From an uncultured Clostridia bacterium (lineage in GTDB: Bacteria > Bacillota > Clostridia > TANB77 > CAG-508): 64,000 bases of DNA. Under the pieces are notes generated by a model. That model worked only from the letters and a program-made list of their open reading frames with translations. It was not told the DNA's origin and did no database searches. The stretch is taken from positions 1,069-65,068 of the forward strand of contig CATLHF010000001.1 of NCBI GenBank assembly GCA_949948835.1. Direction: 5' to 3'. This document shows, piece after piece, positions 29,425-40,155 of the stretch; the first letter of the stretch is position 1, and each line of letters opens with the position of its first letter. Both the position numbers and the translations under genes were made by a program.

Positions 29425-30001
29425 TTAATTTTCTAACCATTTTTTATATGCAACAATAACTTGCACACAAACCTCATCTGGGGTTAAATTTGTCGTATCT
29501 ATAATTAAATCATAATTTAACATATCATCACGATTAACGCCATATGTATCTATCCATCGATTTGTTTCTTCTTTATGTCTATATAAGATTTTTTCTCTTG
29601 CTTCTTCCTTGGTTGCATATGGTTCTGAATTTTTTCTTGCTTGATCATGAAAAGCTCTATTTACCGCCACTTCTATATCTACTTTCAAATAAACTTTAAA
29701 TGATTCTGGAACTGCATACCATCCGTAATTTCGCATCAATAATTAAATTGTCATGGTCATTTGCGTAAATTGTTGCACTTCTTTCAATTTCTTTATCTAA
29801 CTCTGGATGTTCATTTAAATATACTTGAAACTCAGTAATTGTCATTCCTTTTTCACTTGCAAGTTTTCTTACATATTGACCATTACGATAAATTTCATAT
29901 CCTAGTTGCTCTTGCAATTTATTTGATAATGTTCCTTGCCCACTTGCATGGTCTCCTGTTATGGTGATAATATGTTTCTTTTTTATTCTTCCTCCTGACA
30001 T
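29425..30001 (-). pseudogene. Cytidylate-kinase-like (Cytidylate_kin2-type) protein with one +1 frameshift
   Basis: ORFs 29696..30001 and 29425..29739. Skipping the sense C at 29725 joins ...NLIIDAKL|GWYAVPESFKVYL. The P-loop is degenerate (GDHASGQGT). Confidence 0.7.
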
Positions 30002-30183
30002 ATTGTCACCTTTCCTTCTGCAACTTCATCTGCCGCTAGAGTAACCATTGATTCTTCTTGTTTATCTGTTAATGGTTTATCTCCTTTTGATAATTGTCTT
30101 GCTCTTTTTGCTGTCACTACTACTAATTCAAATTGATTATTTACTTTTTTTAATAAATTGGTAACACTTGGTTCTACCATCAT
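29983..30183 (-). CDS. rpoZ: DNA-directed RNA polymerase omega subunit
   Basis: PSVTNLLKKVNNQFELVVVTAKRARQL. Confidence 0.85.
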   Translation of the reverse strand: MMVEPSVTNLLKKVNNQFELVVVTAKRARQLSKGDKPLTDKQEESMVTLAADEVAEGKVTICQEEE

Positions 30184-30203
30184 TTTACATCTACCCCTTT
30201 TCT

Positions 30204-30461
30204 TTATTCATCTACATCTTCTTTATCATCTTTCTCTAGTCTTCCTGCAACCGTTTCTGGTTGAACTGCTGATAATATAATATGTCCAGAATCCATAATA
30301 ACAACTGCTCTTGTACGTCTTCCATAAGTAGCATCTACTGCCATTTTTGAATCCTTTGCTTCTTGCACCATACGTTTAATTGGTGCAGACTCTGGACTTA
30401 CAATCGCAACAATTCGATTTGCTGAAACAATATTTCCAAATCCTATATTAATTAATTGCAT
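30204..30461 (-). CDS. remA: RemA/DUF370 family regulator
   Basis: [30 protein letters not shown]. Confidence 0.85.
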   Translation of the reverse strand: MQLINIGFGNIVSANRIVAIVSPESAPIKRMVQEAKDSKMAVDATYGRRTRAVVIMDSGHIILSAVQPETVAGRLEKDDKEDVDE

Positions 30462-30473
30462 CCTTATTCTCCT

Positions 30474-31346
30474 TTATTCAATATTTTGAATTTGTTCACG
30501 GATATCTTCTATTCTGGTTTTAATATCAATTACCAAATTGGTTATTTCTAAACTACCAGATTTTGAACCAATCGTATTGGTTTCACGGTTCATTTCTTGA
30601 ATTAGAAAATCAATTTTCTTTCCAATTGGTGTTTCTTCTTCTATCATTCCATGAAATTGTATCATATGGCTTTTTAGTCTTGTTAGTTCTTCTTCTACAG
30701 AACATTTATCAGCATAAATAACAATTTCTTGGTTTAGACGTTCTTTATCTACCACATCCGTTTTTAAAATTTCTTTAATTCTTGTTTCTAATTTTACTAC
30801 ATATTCTTCTACAAGTCCAGTAGAATATGTAATAATTTGTGAAACTTTTTCTTCTATTTCACCAATTCTTACTCTCAAGTCTTCTTTTATTTTGTTTCCT
30901 TCTTGCTCACGCATTGCTATAAAGCTTTTAATCGCTTCTTCTAAACATATTTTTAGTTCATTCCAAATCGTATCTTCATCTTCTACATTTTGAATTGTTA
31001 ACACATCTGGAAATTTAGAAATTTCTGTTACAGGAATATTAGCATTAATATCATTTTCATTGGCAAGTTCTTTTAGTTCCTCAATATATAATTTTGCAAG
31101 TTCATGATTCATCTTAATGTTTTTTCCTTTGGCACTATTGTTTTCAAAGTTAATATACACATCAATTTTCCCTCTTGCAATATGACTTGTTATTTCTTTT
31201 TTTACTTTTTCTTCTAGATAACTAATACTCCTTGGCATTTTCACACTAATATCGCAATATCTGTGATTAACCGATTTTATCTCAATATTATATAATCTTC
31301 CTTCATTCTCATAATTCGCTCTTCCAAAGCCAGTCATACTTTTCAT
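30474..31346 (-). CDS. yicC: YicC/YloC family endoribonuclease
   Basis: MKSMTGFGRA N-terminus and the C-terminal DFLIQEMNRETNTIGSK motif. Confidence 0.85.
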   Translation of the reverse strand: MKSMTGFGRANYENEGRLYNIEIKSVNHRYCDISVKMPRSISYLEEKVKKEITSHIARGKIDVYINFENNSAKGKNIKMNHELAKLYIEELKELANENDINANIPVTEISKFPDVLTIQNVEDEDTIWNELKICLEEAIKSFIAMREQEGNKIKEDLRVRIGEIEEKVSQIITYSTGLVEEYVVKLETRIKEILKTDVVDKERLNQEIVIYADKCSVEEELTRLKSHMIQFHGMIEEETPIGKKIDFLIQEMNRETNTIGSKSGSLEITNLVIDIKTRIEDIREQIQNIE

Positions 31347-31410
31347 GTTCTTTTACCTCTTTTCTTTGTTGTTTTATAAAACAGGTTGATGAAAACATCA
31401 ACCCCTACAA

Positions 31411-31950
31411 TTATTTTTTAATTATTTCGTTAATATCACTTAGACTAGCAATGTATTGTTTTTTCATCTTTTTATAAATAATAATAGATTTTCCTACATA
31501 GTAAATAGCAAATGCATATGCTACTATTGCTGAATATATATGAAATTCTTTCATTTGTATCATATAAATATAGCTAGAAAATAATGTTACGATCGCTAGA
31601 ACAAGACATTCAATTCCATGAATACACAAATTAGCATTTTCTTTTTTATAACTAATTTCAAATAAAATAATAGTAAGCACAATTAGTCCCATACTAAATA
31701 CTTTTAAATCTTTAAGGAATACTGGCGTTTCAATATTTAAAGAACCTAAACTTAGCAAATAAAAAAATACCATTAAAATATCTGCAATAAAAATATTTTC
31801 AAATAATTTTTTATTGATTTTTTCTTCTTCTTCTTTTGGTAATTGTTTTTTATCAATTACTTCTTTTTCTAATTTTTCAATGTTTTGCTTTACTCTTTCT
31901 AAGTCTTCTCTATCTTTTTCTTCTTGTGCCATTGTTTCTTTTTTTCTCAT
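31411..31950 (-). CDS. Hypothetical 4-TM membrane protein with a K/E-rich N-terminus
   Basis: ORF 31411..31950. No family recognised. Confidence 0.55.
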   Translation of the reverse strand: MRKKETMAQEEKDREDLERVKQNIEKLEKEVIDKKQLPKEEEEKINKKLFENIFIADILMVFFYLLSLGSLNIETPVFLKDLKVFSMGLIVLTIILFEISYKKENANLCIHGIECLVLAIVTLFSSYIYMIQMKEFHIYSAIVAYAFAIYYVGKSIIIYKKMKKQYIASLSDINEIIKK

Positions 31951-31955
31951 ACCAT

Positions 31956-32708
31956 CTACTCCATTTCATCGAATTCGTACATAATAACACTTGCAAGTAC
32001 AATTGGTGCTGTTTCCGTCCTTAAAATCCTTTTTCCTAATGTAACAACCTTTGTATTGGGAATTGTTTTTAAAAATTCAATCTCTTCTTTTGCAATTCCC
32101 CCCTCTGGTCCCACTAAAACTGCTATTTTTTGTACATGTTTTTCATGTGTCTGTTTTAAAACCTGTTTTATTGTAGTCCTATCTTCTTCTTCATATGCTA
32201 CAATTACTATATCATATTTTTCTAATTTTTCATAGATATTTTTGAAACTTACCAAAGAATGTACATTAGGTATTTTATCTCTTTTACTCTGCTTTGCTGC
32301 AACTTCAGCAATCTTTTGCCATCTTTCTATTTTTTTTGATTCAGCCTTTTCATCTAGCTTCACTACACATCGTTCCATCTTTACTGGAGTAATATCGCTC
32401 ACTCCAATTTCTGTTCCCTTTTGAATAATCGCTTCCATTTTTTCCTGTTTTGGTAACCCTTGAAAAATATGTAATGAAATACCAGTTTCCGTTGTCTCAA
32501 AACACTCTTCTAATATCTCTCCTGAAACATTATCATTATTTAACTCTATAATTTTAGTAATGTATGATTTAGCTGTATCGACACTACATACTTGTATTAA
32601 TTCTTCTTTTTGTAGTCTAAGTACATTTTTTATATGGTTGACATCTTCACCTGTAATTTGAACTTTCTTATCTTTAATTTGATTCTCTTTCACAAAAAAT
32701 TTATACAT
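31956..32708 (-). CDS. rsmE: 16S rRNA (uracil1498-N3)-methyltransferase
   Basis: Start moved to MYKFFV, which follows GGAGGAACGAA. Carries the LVGPEGG motif. Confidence 0.85.
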   Translation of the reverse strand: MYKFFVKENQIKDKKVQITGEDVNHIKNVLRLQKEELIQVCSVDTAKSYITKIIELNNDNVSGEILEECFETTETGISLHIFQGLPKQEKMEAIIQKGTEIGVSDITPVKMERCVVKLDEKAESKKIERWQKIAEVAAKQSKRDKIPNVHSLVSFKNIYEKLEKYDIVIVAYEEEDRTTIKQVLKQTHEKHVQKIAVLVGPEGGIAKEEIEFLKTIPNTKVVTLGKRILRTETAPIVLASVIMYEFDEME

Positions 32709-32798
32709 TTCGTTCCTCCACACATGCATTATACCAAAAATAAAACGAAGAGTAAATAGTACTTTCACTATTTACTCTTCGCTCTTATCAAGCACCCC

Positions 32799-33680
32799 TT
32801 ATGCTCTTGGGTGTGCATGTTTATATATATTTTTTATACTTTCATCTTGGAATTGCATATATACTTGTGTTGAAGATATATCAGAATGTCCAAGCATGGT
32901 TTGGATTGATTTTAAGTCTGCTCCATTTTGTAATAAATGTGTTGCAAAAGAATGTCTTAATACATGTGGTGTAATATCTTTTGTAATATGAGCTTGTTCT
33001 TTATAATATTTTACAATCTTCCAAAATCCTTGACGAGTTAATCTCTTTCCATTTGTATTAACAAATAAAGCAGTTACTTTTTCATCTTTAATTAAAATTG
33101 GTCTTGAGTTTTCAATATAATCTGCTAATGCTTTTAATGAAAGAGAACCTAAAGGAATATTTCTTTGTTTAGAACCTGTTTTACAAGATACTAATCCATC
33201 TTTTAAATTAACATCTTCTATGTTTAAAGAAATAATTTCAGTTACTCTCATTCCAGTTGCATAAGCAAATTCCAACATTGCTTTATCACGAATTCCCTTT
33301 AAATCAATATTTTTTGGTTGTTCTAATAATAATTCAATTTCAGATGAAGTTAAAACACTTGGTGCTTTTTTCTCAACTTTTGGAGATTGAATTTTATCTG
33401 TTGGATCTTTCTTTACTTTTTTATTACGTACTAAAAATTGATAAAAAGAACGAATTGATGCAATATTTCTTGAAATTGTTGATGTTTTTTTACCGATTTG
33501 TTGTAGGTGGGAAAAGTATTGTTTCATATCTTCCTCTGTTACTTTTTGATAGTTCACTTTGTTTTCTTCTAAATAATCTTCAAATTGTACAATATCTCTT
33601 CTGTATGATTGTAAGGTATTCTCAGATAATTTTTTATCTTCCTTAATAAATTCTAAAAAATTGCTAATTTGTTTTTCCAT
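32799..33680 (-). CDS. xerD: Tyrosine recombinase XerD/XerC (chromosome dimer resolution type)
   Basis: Catalytic region HVLRHSFATHLLQNGADLKSIQTMLGHSDISSTQVY. Housekeeping gene context. Confidence 0.8.
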   Translation of the reverse strand: MEKQISNFLEFIKEDKKLSENTLQSYRRDIVQFEDYLEENKVNYQKVTEEDMKQYFSHLQQIGKKTSTISRNIASIRSFYQFLVRNKKVKKDPTDKIQSPKVEKKAPSVLTSSEIELLLEQPKNIDLKGIRDKAMLEFAYATGMRVTEIISLNIEDVNLKDGLVSCKTGSKQRNIPLGSLSLKALADYIENSRPILIKDEKVTALFVNTNGKRLTRQGFWKIVKYYKEQAHITKDITPHVLRHSFATHLLQNGADLKSIQTMLGHSDISSTQVYMQFQDESIKNIYKHAHPRA

Positions 33681-33810
33681 GTTTACTCCCTACCCTTAAA
33701 CTTCTTATTTTATGTAATTTACACAATTAACATAACAACTAATGTTATATCAAAATTATTTGAAATTGTAAATAGCTTTTTTCGATTTTTTTTAAAATAT
33801 TTTTTATTTC

Positions 33811-34459
33811 TCAAAAATATTTGGCACAAATTTCCAATAAACTTGAAGACATATACACTTCAACAAAAGCAGATACCTCTAGAGTTGCAAGCAATATACA
33901 AGAAAAAATAGTATGTCTTGTGATTTCTAATTTTATCGTTTCTCTTCTTTTATCTTTTACAATTGCTTTATATAATTTCATGCCACTAACCGCTAATGCT
34001 AATATACATGGAATAAAAATAATATTTTGTAGTAAAATCGATGTTGTAACAAACAAAATACCGTTTTCCTATTCCTAATGTAGCAACAATAGATGATATG
34101 GTATAACCTAGGCAAAATCCACGATAAAGGATAATTCCATACACAATCGGAATACCAATTACGGTTGAGCCAACAAACCATAGAGCAAGTACCAATAAAA
34201 AATTCGAAATCAAACAATCTTTTAGTAATACTCCTTTATCAATCTGTGCATTTTCTTTTAAAGAATTGGTAAAGTCATTTAAATAACTTGTAATATCCTC
34301 TATTTGCATTTCAGAAGCATTGTTTACAAAAATAACACCACAAATAATTCCTATTAAAAATAACAATACTACAATACTGTATTCTCTTATGTTATTTTTG
34401 ATATGTGTAACAAAAATTTCTTTTACTCTACTATTTCTCTTTTTTCCTAAGTTTCTCAA
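33811..34459 (-). pseudogene. spoIIM: Stage II sporulation protein M with one +1 frameshift
   Basis: ORFs 33986..34459 and 33811..34056. Skipping the sense C at 34063 joins ...IVATLGIGK|GILFVTTSILLQNIIFIPCILALAVSG. Confidence 0.75.
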
Positions 34460-34522
34460 AATATTACCCTCCTATATCTTATACATAATGTCTATGTAAT
34501 AAAATGAGATTTAGAACTTTTT

Positions 34523-35719
34523 TTATTCTTTTGTTGTGACCTTACCATATACACCACCACCACCAGCTTGTATGGTAAGTCTACCATCTCTTGCCATAAC
34601 AATATTGTGAGCAATTTTATGGTTTGTTACTGCTTCTATATCATCTTCTGATAATTTATGTAAAATCGTCATTTCAGTATCAAAATAATCTAATAATCTA
34701 TCAATTGTTTTTGCACCCAGTCCTGGTATAAACGTAAGAGGTACTTGGTATACATATGGTGGTCGATTTTCAGGACTTTTTGTTTCTTCCTTATCTTTAA
34801 TCATTTCGATTCTATCAAAAACCCCCATCGTAATATTTCTAGAATCACAATCTGGACAGCTTGTAATTGGAGCAATACCTTCTACATTTTTTTCACATGT
34901 TTCGCAATATGTTCTATGGTATTTTCCGAGTTTTGGATCTAATCCGTAATTAGCTAAAATTTTTCTTCCTTCTTGTCCTTTTACTGCTTTTACGAATTCT
35001 TTAAAACTAATATCTTCTACCAACATTTTATTATATTCTCTTGCAATTTTAGGAAGAGAATGTGCATCAGAATTGGTTAGAAAACTTCTCGTTTCTAATT
35101 CCGAAATCGTATCTGCTAAAAAAGTATCTGAACTTAACCCTAATTCAATCGCAAAAATTTTATCAAATTTCTCCTTAAAGATCTTTGATAATCGGTCAGT
35201 ACAGTTTCCATAGAAACTTTTATGTGGTGTAAATGCATGTGCTGGAATTAAGATACCATTATACTTTTCTACAATATCAATTAACTCATAAGCTGAAATA
35301 TCTGCCCTTTGAGAGCTTAGTGTAATATTACTAATATGATGACTCATTTCATTAGAAAAGCCTTTTATATCTTGTAATGTTGGAAAATAGCATAAGTTAT
35401 GAGCACTCCCTGTTTTTCCTTCATCATTTTTTTCTGAAGTCTCAATCTCACTTCCTAAAATGATACATACTTTATCTTTATATACAATACCTCCATCTGG
35501 TATTTCGTATGCTTCTCCAGTTTGTAAGAATTCTTCAATGTCTTCAATAACATATGGTGAAGCACAATCAATAATTCCTACCACATTAATTCCTTTTCTT
35601 TGCACACATTCTTTTGCAATATTTTCAAAATTCAAACTTCTTGCAGCGGTTATTTTAATCGGTTTATTTGATTTACTCCTTCCTATATGAACATGTAAAT
35701 CTGCAAATATCTCGTACAT
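34523..35719 (-). CDS. Endonuclease Q-like / TIGR00375-type PHP-domain protein
   Basis: Start at MYEIFADLHVHIGRS. A CETCEKN..CPDCDS zinc ribbon is followed by an HhH-like segment (IPGLGAKTIDRLL). Confidence 0.65.
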   Translation of the reverse strand: MYEIFADLHVHIGRSKSNKPIKITAARSLNFENIAKECVQRKGINVVGIIDCASPYVIEDIEEFLQTGEAYEIPDGGIVYKDKVCIILGSEIETSEKNDEGKTGSAHNLCYFPTLQDIKGFSNEMSHHISNITLSSQRADISAYELIDIVEKYNGILIPAHAFTPHKSFYGNCTDRLSKIFKEKFDKIFAIELGLSSDTFLADTISELETRSFLTNSDAHSLPKIAREYNKMLVEDISFKEFVKAVKGQEGRKILANYGLDPKLGKYHRTYCETCEKNVEGIAPITSCPDCDSRNITMGVFDRIEMIKDKEETKSPENRPPYVYQVPLTFIPGLGAKTIDRLLDYFDTEMTILHKLSEDDIEAVTNHKIAHNIVMARDGRLTIQAGGGGVYGKVTTKE

Positions 35720-35817
35720 CTTCTTTCCTCCTCCACAAGCGAAGCTTTTGCACTCTTCACTTCTCATTTTACCTAAAAGATAAGAGGATTGCAAACTAAT
35801 CCTCTTATCTTTTGTAA

Positions 35818-36054
35818 CTATAACTTAACTTCCTCTTCTAAAACATATTCAATTGGTTCGCGTTTAAAATTAATCTTTGAAAAGTCTACATTTTCATCTT
35901 GCATGTGAACCTTTCTTATATCTTCCATCTCACGATTAACATTTATTTGTGCAATTTCAATGGCCTCAGCTGTTTGGTTCAAGTCTAATTTATTAAATAC
36001 TCTTCCTAATTTTGATACTGTTCCATAATAAGTATTCAAATCTAATCCACTCAT
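35818..36054 (-). CDS. Hypothetical small protein
   Basis: Start at MSGLDLN, which follows AAGAGGAGG. Confidence 0.5.
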   Translation of the reverse strand: MSGLDLNTYYGTVSKLGRVFNKLDLNQTAEAIEIAQINVNREMEDIRKVHMQDENVDFSKINFKREPIEYVLEEEVKL

Positions 36055-36067
36055 ATTTTTCCTCCTC

Positions 36068-36610
36068 TTAAACAGCAATTCCTTCTGTCACACATACAAA
36101 CTCTTTAAATTTTTCCAAATAACGGTTATTTTTTCCCTTTAAATTACGAAATTCTAATAAAATTAGCGCTTCATCGACTGGAAATCCTCTTCTTTCTGGT
36201 CGATTTAATAGCATTCCTCCAAAATTATCTACAAGTTCTAATATATCACTTTCTTTTTCTCTCGGAGTACTTCCACTATAACGATTTACTTCTTCACAAA
36301 TTTTACAAAATCTCTCATCAAACCCTAACGTGGCTAAATATTTTGCTCCTTCTTTGGCATAAGAATGAATTTTTGATAATTCTTGGACATTATCTGTCTT
36401 TTTACAACAGCATAGTAAACATGCTGTTAATACCATATTTTTATCAACATCATCAATATGCATGTCTTCTATAAACATTCTAGCAAGTTCTGTTTTAAAA
36501 ATAACGGAATTATCGAAGAAAATATTGGTTCTTTTCTTTAGGTAATAAACAATTTCCATTTTTTTGATATAGTCATGTTCCGACAAAATATAATCTGCAA
36601 ATGTCTCCAT
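36068..36610 (-). CDS. Hypothetical protein
   Basis: 180-aa ORF. No confident family. Confidence 0.55.
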   Translation of the reverse strand: METFADYILSEHDYIKKMEIVYYLKKRTNIFFDNSVIFKTELARMFIEDMHIDDVDKNMVLTACLLCCCKKTDNVQELSKIHSYAKEGAKYLATLGFDERFCKICEEVNRYSGSTPREKESDILELVDNFGGMLLNRPERRGFPVDEALILLEFRNLKGKNNRYLEKFKEFVCVTEGIAV

Positions 36611-36685
36611 CGTTTTTCTCCTTTCTTCGTCTCGTCATTTGTACTTACTATAATACATTTTCATTATATGATAAAATATGACACA

Positions 36686-36732
36686 ATTCAAGCATGTTAC
36701 AAAAATGTCATACACCTGTAACATGCTTGAAT
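36686..36732. terminator. Perfect 16-bp stem-loop downstream of coaE
   Basis: attcaagcatgttaca (36686-36701) pairs with tgtaacatgcttgaat (36717-36732). The U-tract is weak. Confidence 0.55.
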
Positions 36733-36741
36733 TATTTGCTT

Positions 36742-37332
36742 TTATTTTATTACCTTGCTACTTATTGTTTCAATTTCTTTTTCTAATGTCAATTCGCTTC
36801 CATCATTGATAATTACATAATTTACTCGTTTTTTTAGTTCTTCTTCTGGCATTTGAATTGCTAGCCTCTTCCTTGCCATTTCTTTTGAAATCCCATCTCT
36901 TTCACAAATGCGTTTAACCTTATCTTCCTCTCTTGCCACAAGTCCAATGGTCGTATCACAAATTTTATCTAATCCACTCTCAAATAATAATGCTGCATCA
37001 ATGGCTACTGTTTTTTCATTTACTAATTCTGCTATTCTTTTTTTAATTTCTTCCACAACATAAACAAAGGTAAGATGATTTAGTATATTTCTTTTTTCCT
37101 CTTGTTCATAAATTAATTTAGCAAGTTCTTTTCTTTTTAATTCTCCTTTTTCATCTAATATTTCTTCTCCAAACTTGTTAGCAATCTCTTGTAAATACGG
37201 ATTTCCTTTTTTTGATAGCTCTCTTGCTACTTCATCTGCATCAATAATACTTATATAATATTTTTCTTTTAATATCTTACATACACTTGTTTTTCCTGCT
37301 CCAGAGCTTCCTGTAATACCTATTATTTTCAT
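36742..37332 (-). CDS. coaE: Dephospho-CoA kinase
   Basis: MKIIGITGSSGAGKTSV. Confidence 0.9.
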   Translation of the reverse strand: MKIIGITGSSGAGKTSVCKILKEKYYISIIDADEVARELSKKGNPYLQEIANKFGEEILDEKGELKRKELAKLIYEQEEKRNILNHLTFVYVVEEIKKRIAELVNEKTVAIDAALLFESGLDKICDTTIGLVAREEDKVKRICERDGISKEMARKRLAIQMPEEELKKRVNYVIINDGSELTLEKEIETISSKVIK

Positions 37333-37343
37333 ATTGCCCCCTT

Positions 37344-37868
37344 TTATTGATATAAGGCATAACGCCCCGCATATATTTTTCGAAATCCTAATAATCCTTC
37401 AAAATCTTGTGGTTTTACCATAGATATACGTTTCTTAAAATGGTAGATTTTAGCTTTTTCTAACAAAAATGCAACAAAATAGCTACAAACATATCGATTT
37501 TTAAATGTTACTGGAATTCCCAAAAAGCGAAGGACAATTCCTATAAAATCATATTTATAATGATTACGATTGATAATAATATCGGTAAGAATTCTTTCTA
37601 GCTCTTCATATTGTTTGTCCGTAATTTCAATTTCATATATTTTACAAATTGTTTTGTTAAATTTTTGAAAAAACCTTCCATTTTTATATTCAATTGAAAA
37701 ACCAGCATGTAATATGGAATTAAATTTTTTTCTTCCAAAACTATAAATAATATTACAGTTTTTTTCTAAAGAAATTCCTACATGACTATATGGATAATTC
37801 GTAGCCATTTTTATTAGTTTTGCTGGTATCGTATTGGTGTGCATTAAAAGTACATATATTTTTTTCAT
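37344..37868 (-). CDS. Hypothetical protein
   Basis: 174-aa ORF. No confident family. Confidence 0.55.
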   Translation of the reverse strand: MKKIYVLLMHTNTIPAKLIKMATNYPYSHVGISLEKNCNIIYSFGRKKFNSILHAGFSIEYKNGRFFQKFNKTICKIYEIEITDKQYEELERILTDIIINRNHYKYDFIGIVLRFLGIPVTFKNRYVCSYFVAFLLEKAKIYHFKKRISMVKPQDFEGLLGFRKIYAGRYALYQ

Positions 37869-38031
37869 CTTTTGCTCCTATCTAACTTACTCACATCTCC
37901 TATTTTATACTATCATATTAACAAATCATTTTCAATATTCTCTTTAATAAATAAAATTTTTCCAATTTCCTATTGCATAAACACATGTTTGTGTGTTATA
38001 TTAATATAAGAATATTTGTTTGGGTGGTTTT

Positions 38032-39335
38032 ATGGATGTATTAGATAAATTAAAAATATTAGCAGATTCTGCAAAATATGATGTTTCTTGTAGTTCTAGT
38101 GGCAGTAAAAGAGTTAATACTAAAAATGGTGTCGGTAATGGTAAAATATCTGGTATTTGTCATAGTTGGGCAAGTGATGGTAGGTGTATTTCATTATTAA
38201 AAATTTTAATGACAAATGCTTGTCTTTACGATTGTAAATATTGTATCAATCGTTGTTCGAATCAAGTTACTAGAGCTACCTTTACACCAAGAGAAATAGC
38301 AGACCTTACCATAGAATTCTACAAACGTAATTATATTGAAGGGCTCTTTTTAAGTTCTGCTGTTATTAAATCTCCTAATTATACGATGGAGCAATTGTAC
38401 AAGGCTATTTTCATTTTAAGAAACGAATATCATTTTAATGGCTATATTCATGTAAAAGCAATTCCAGGAGCTAGCCAAGAATTAATCAATCTGTTAGGAA
38501 ATCTTGCTGATCGTATGAGTATTAATATTGAACTTCCTTCCAATGATAGCTTAAAATTATTAGCGCCACAAAAAGAAAAAGCAGGCATTTTTGCTCCTAT
38601 GAATCATATTTCAAAAAACATTGCTATCTCAAAAGAAGAAACATCACATTATGCCAAACGTTTTGTTCCAGCACGGTCAAACAACTCAAATGATGATAGG
38701 AGCAAGCCCAGAATCTGATTTAAAAATCCTTCGTTTATCCGAAGGATTATATAAAAAATATGATTTAAAAAGGGTTTATTATTCTGCCTATGTGTCGGTT
38801 AATCAGGATTCAAATCTTCCTAGTTTAGAAACACCTCCTCTTCTTCGTGAAAACAGGCTTTACCAAGCAGATTGGTTATTGCGTTTCTATGGTTTTAAAG
38901 CAGAAGAATTATTAGATGAAACCCATCCCAATTTTAATCATTTGCTAGACCCAAAATGCGAATGGGCTTTAAGGCACTTGGAAAATTTTCCTGTTGAAAT
39001 TAATACAGCAGACTTTTATACTCTGCTTCGTGTTCCTGGAATCGGAGTTACTTCTGCCAAGCGTATTATTCGTGCAAGAAGAAACTTTGATTTGAATTTT
39101 GAAAACTTAAAAGGCTTAGGAATTGTTTTAAAACGTGCTATTTATTTTATTACTTGTAAACGGAACATACTTTAACCATGCAAGTTGCTTAAATTCTTCT
39201 TTTATTGAAACGAATTTATTATATCAAGAGCGAAAATCTCTTCCTGTTTTTGATACTTCAAAACAATTATCGCTTTTTGAGCATCTAAATCCTACAAAGG
39301 AGGATGTTATAAAATGCATCAGTGGAAGTTTATAG
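38032..39335 (+). pseudogene. Putative DNA modification/repair radical SAM protein (TIGR03916-like) with two +1 frameshifts
   Basis: CLYDCKYC radical-SAM cluster motif. ORFs 38020..38718, 38621..39175 and 39135..39335. Skipping the C at 38674 joins FVPA|GQTTQMMIGASPE. Skipping the C at 39161 joins YFITCK|GTYFNHA. Confidence 0.8.
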
Positions 39336-40075
39336 ATACAGCCTATATATACGATGGCTCTTTTGATGGGCTACTTACGATTGTTTTTGATAGCTATGTT
39401 TCTAAAACAATTCCTACAAGAATTGTTACTTCAGAATTTGAAATTGATTTATTTTGTAATTATACTTTATTAGAAACCGATGAAGAAAAAGCTAATCGAA
39501 TTTATAAAGGTGTAGTAAAAAATATCTCTTACCATGCGTTATCTACTGCCTATCACGTATTTTTATCAAATGCCCCTAAAAAAGATGTCGATATTCTACA
39601 ATATTTATTATTAGGATTTACAATAGGCAATAAATTAGATCATTTCTTAACCAATGACCTTGTTTTAAGAATGGAAAAAACAGCAAAACGCGTTTTTGGC
39701 GAATTCCATAGGTTGTGTGGATTGGTTCGATTTATGAAGCTACAAAATGGCATGTTTTATGCTAAAGTTCACCCCGATAATAACGTGATCGAATTATTAG
39801 GTCACCACTTTATTGCACGTCTACCCAATGAAAACTTTATTTTGCACGATAAAAAAAGAAATATTGCACTTCTTTATAACACAAAAGAATATCTAATTAC
39901 AGAAGCAAAAAATATAAAAATCACCTCACTACCAGAGGAGGAATTATATTACCAAAACCTATGGAAATACTTTTATCACACCATTGGGATTAAAGAAAGA
40001 AAAAATTCCAAATTAAGAATGCAATTTATGCCAAAAAAATATTGGCAGGATTTGATTGAGGATGTAGAAGATTAG
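39314..40075 (+). CDS. TIGR03915/DUF4130-family putative DNA repair protein (usual partner of the radical SAM gene)
   Basis: N-terminus YIYDGSFDGLLTIVFDSY. It overlaps the upstream gene end by 22 nt. Confidence 0.7.
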   Translation: MHQWKFIDTAYIYDGSFDGLLTIVFDSYVSKTIPTRIVTSEFEIDLFCNYTLLETDEEKANRIYKGVVKNISYHALSTAYHVFLSNAPKKDVDILQYLLLGFTIGNKLDHFLTNDLVLRMEKTAKRVFGEFHRLCGLVRFMKLQNGMFYAKVHPDNNVIELLGHHFIARLPNENFILHDKKRNIALLYNTKEYLITEAKNIKITSLPEEELYYQNLWKYFYHTIGIKERKNSKLRMQFMPKKYWQDLIEDVED

Positions 40076-40094
40076 AATAAAAATCAATTTAAAA

Positions 40095-40123
40095 TTGCAT
40101 TTTTATGTAAATTAGTGTATAAT
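40095..40123 (+). promoter_or_regulatory. Sigma-A-type promoter, near-identical twin of the one at 44090-44118
   Basis: TTGCAT, a 17-nt spacer and TATAAT. It lies 33 nt upstream of the ATG at 40156. Confidence 0.55.
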
Positions 40124-40155
40124 GTTTTTATCAAACTTTACAGGAGGAAACACTT

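Noticed and set aside
32799-33680. The tyrosine recombinase as a marker of a prophage or integrative element.
   Set aside because: The sequence and neighbourhood (rsmE, spoIIM, housekeeping genes) fit chromosomal XerD/XerC. There are no phage, conjugation or att-like features nearby.
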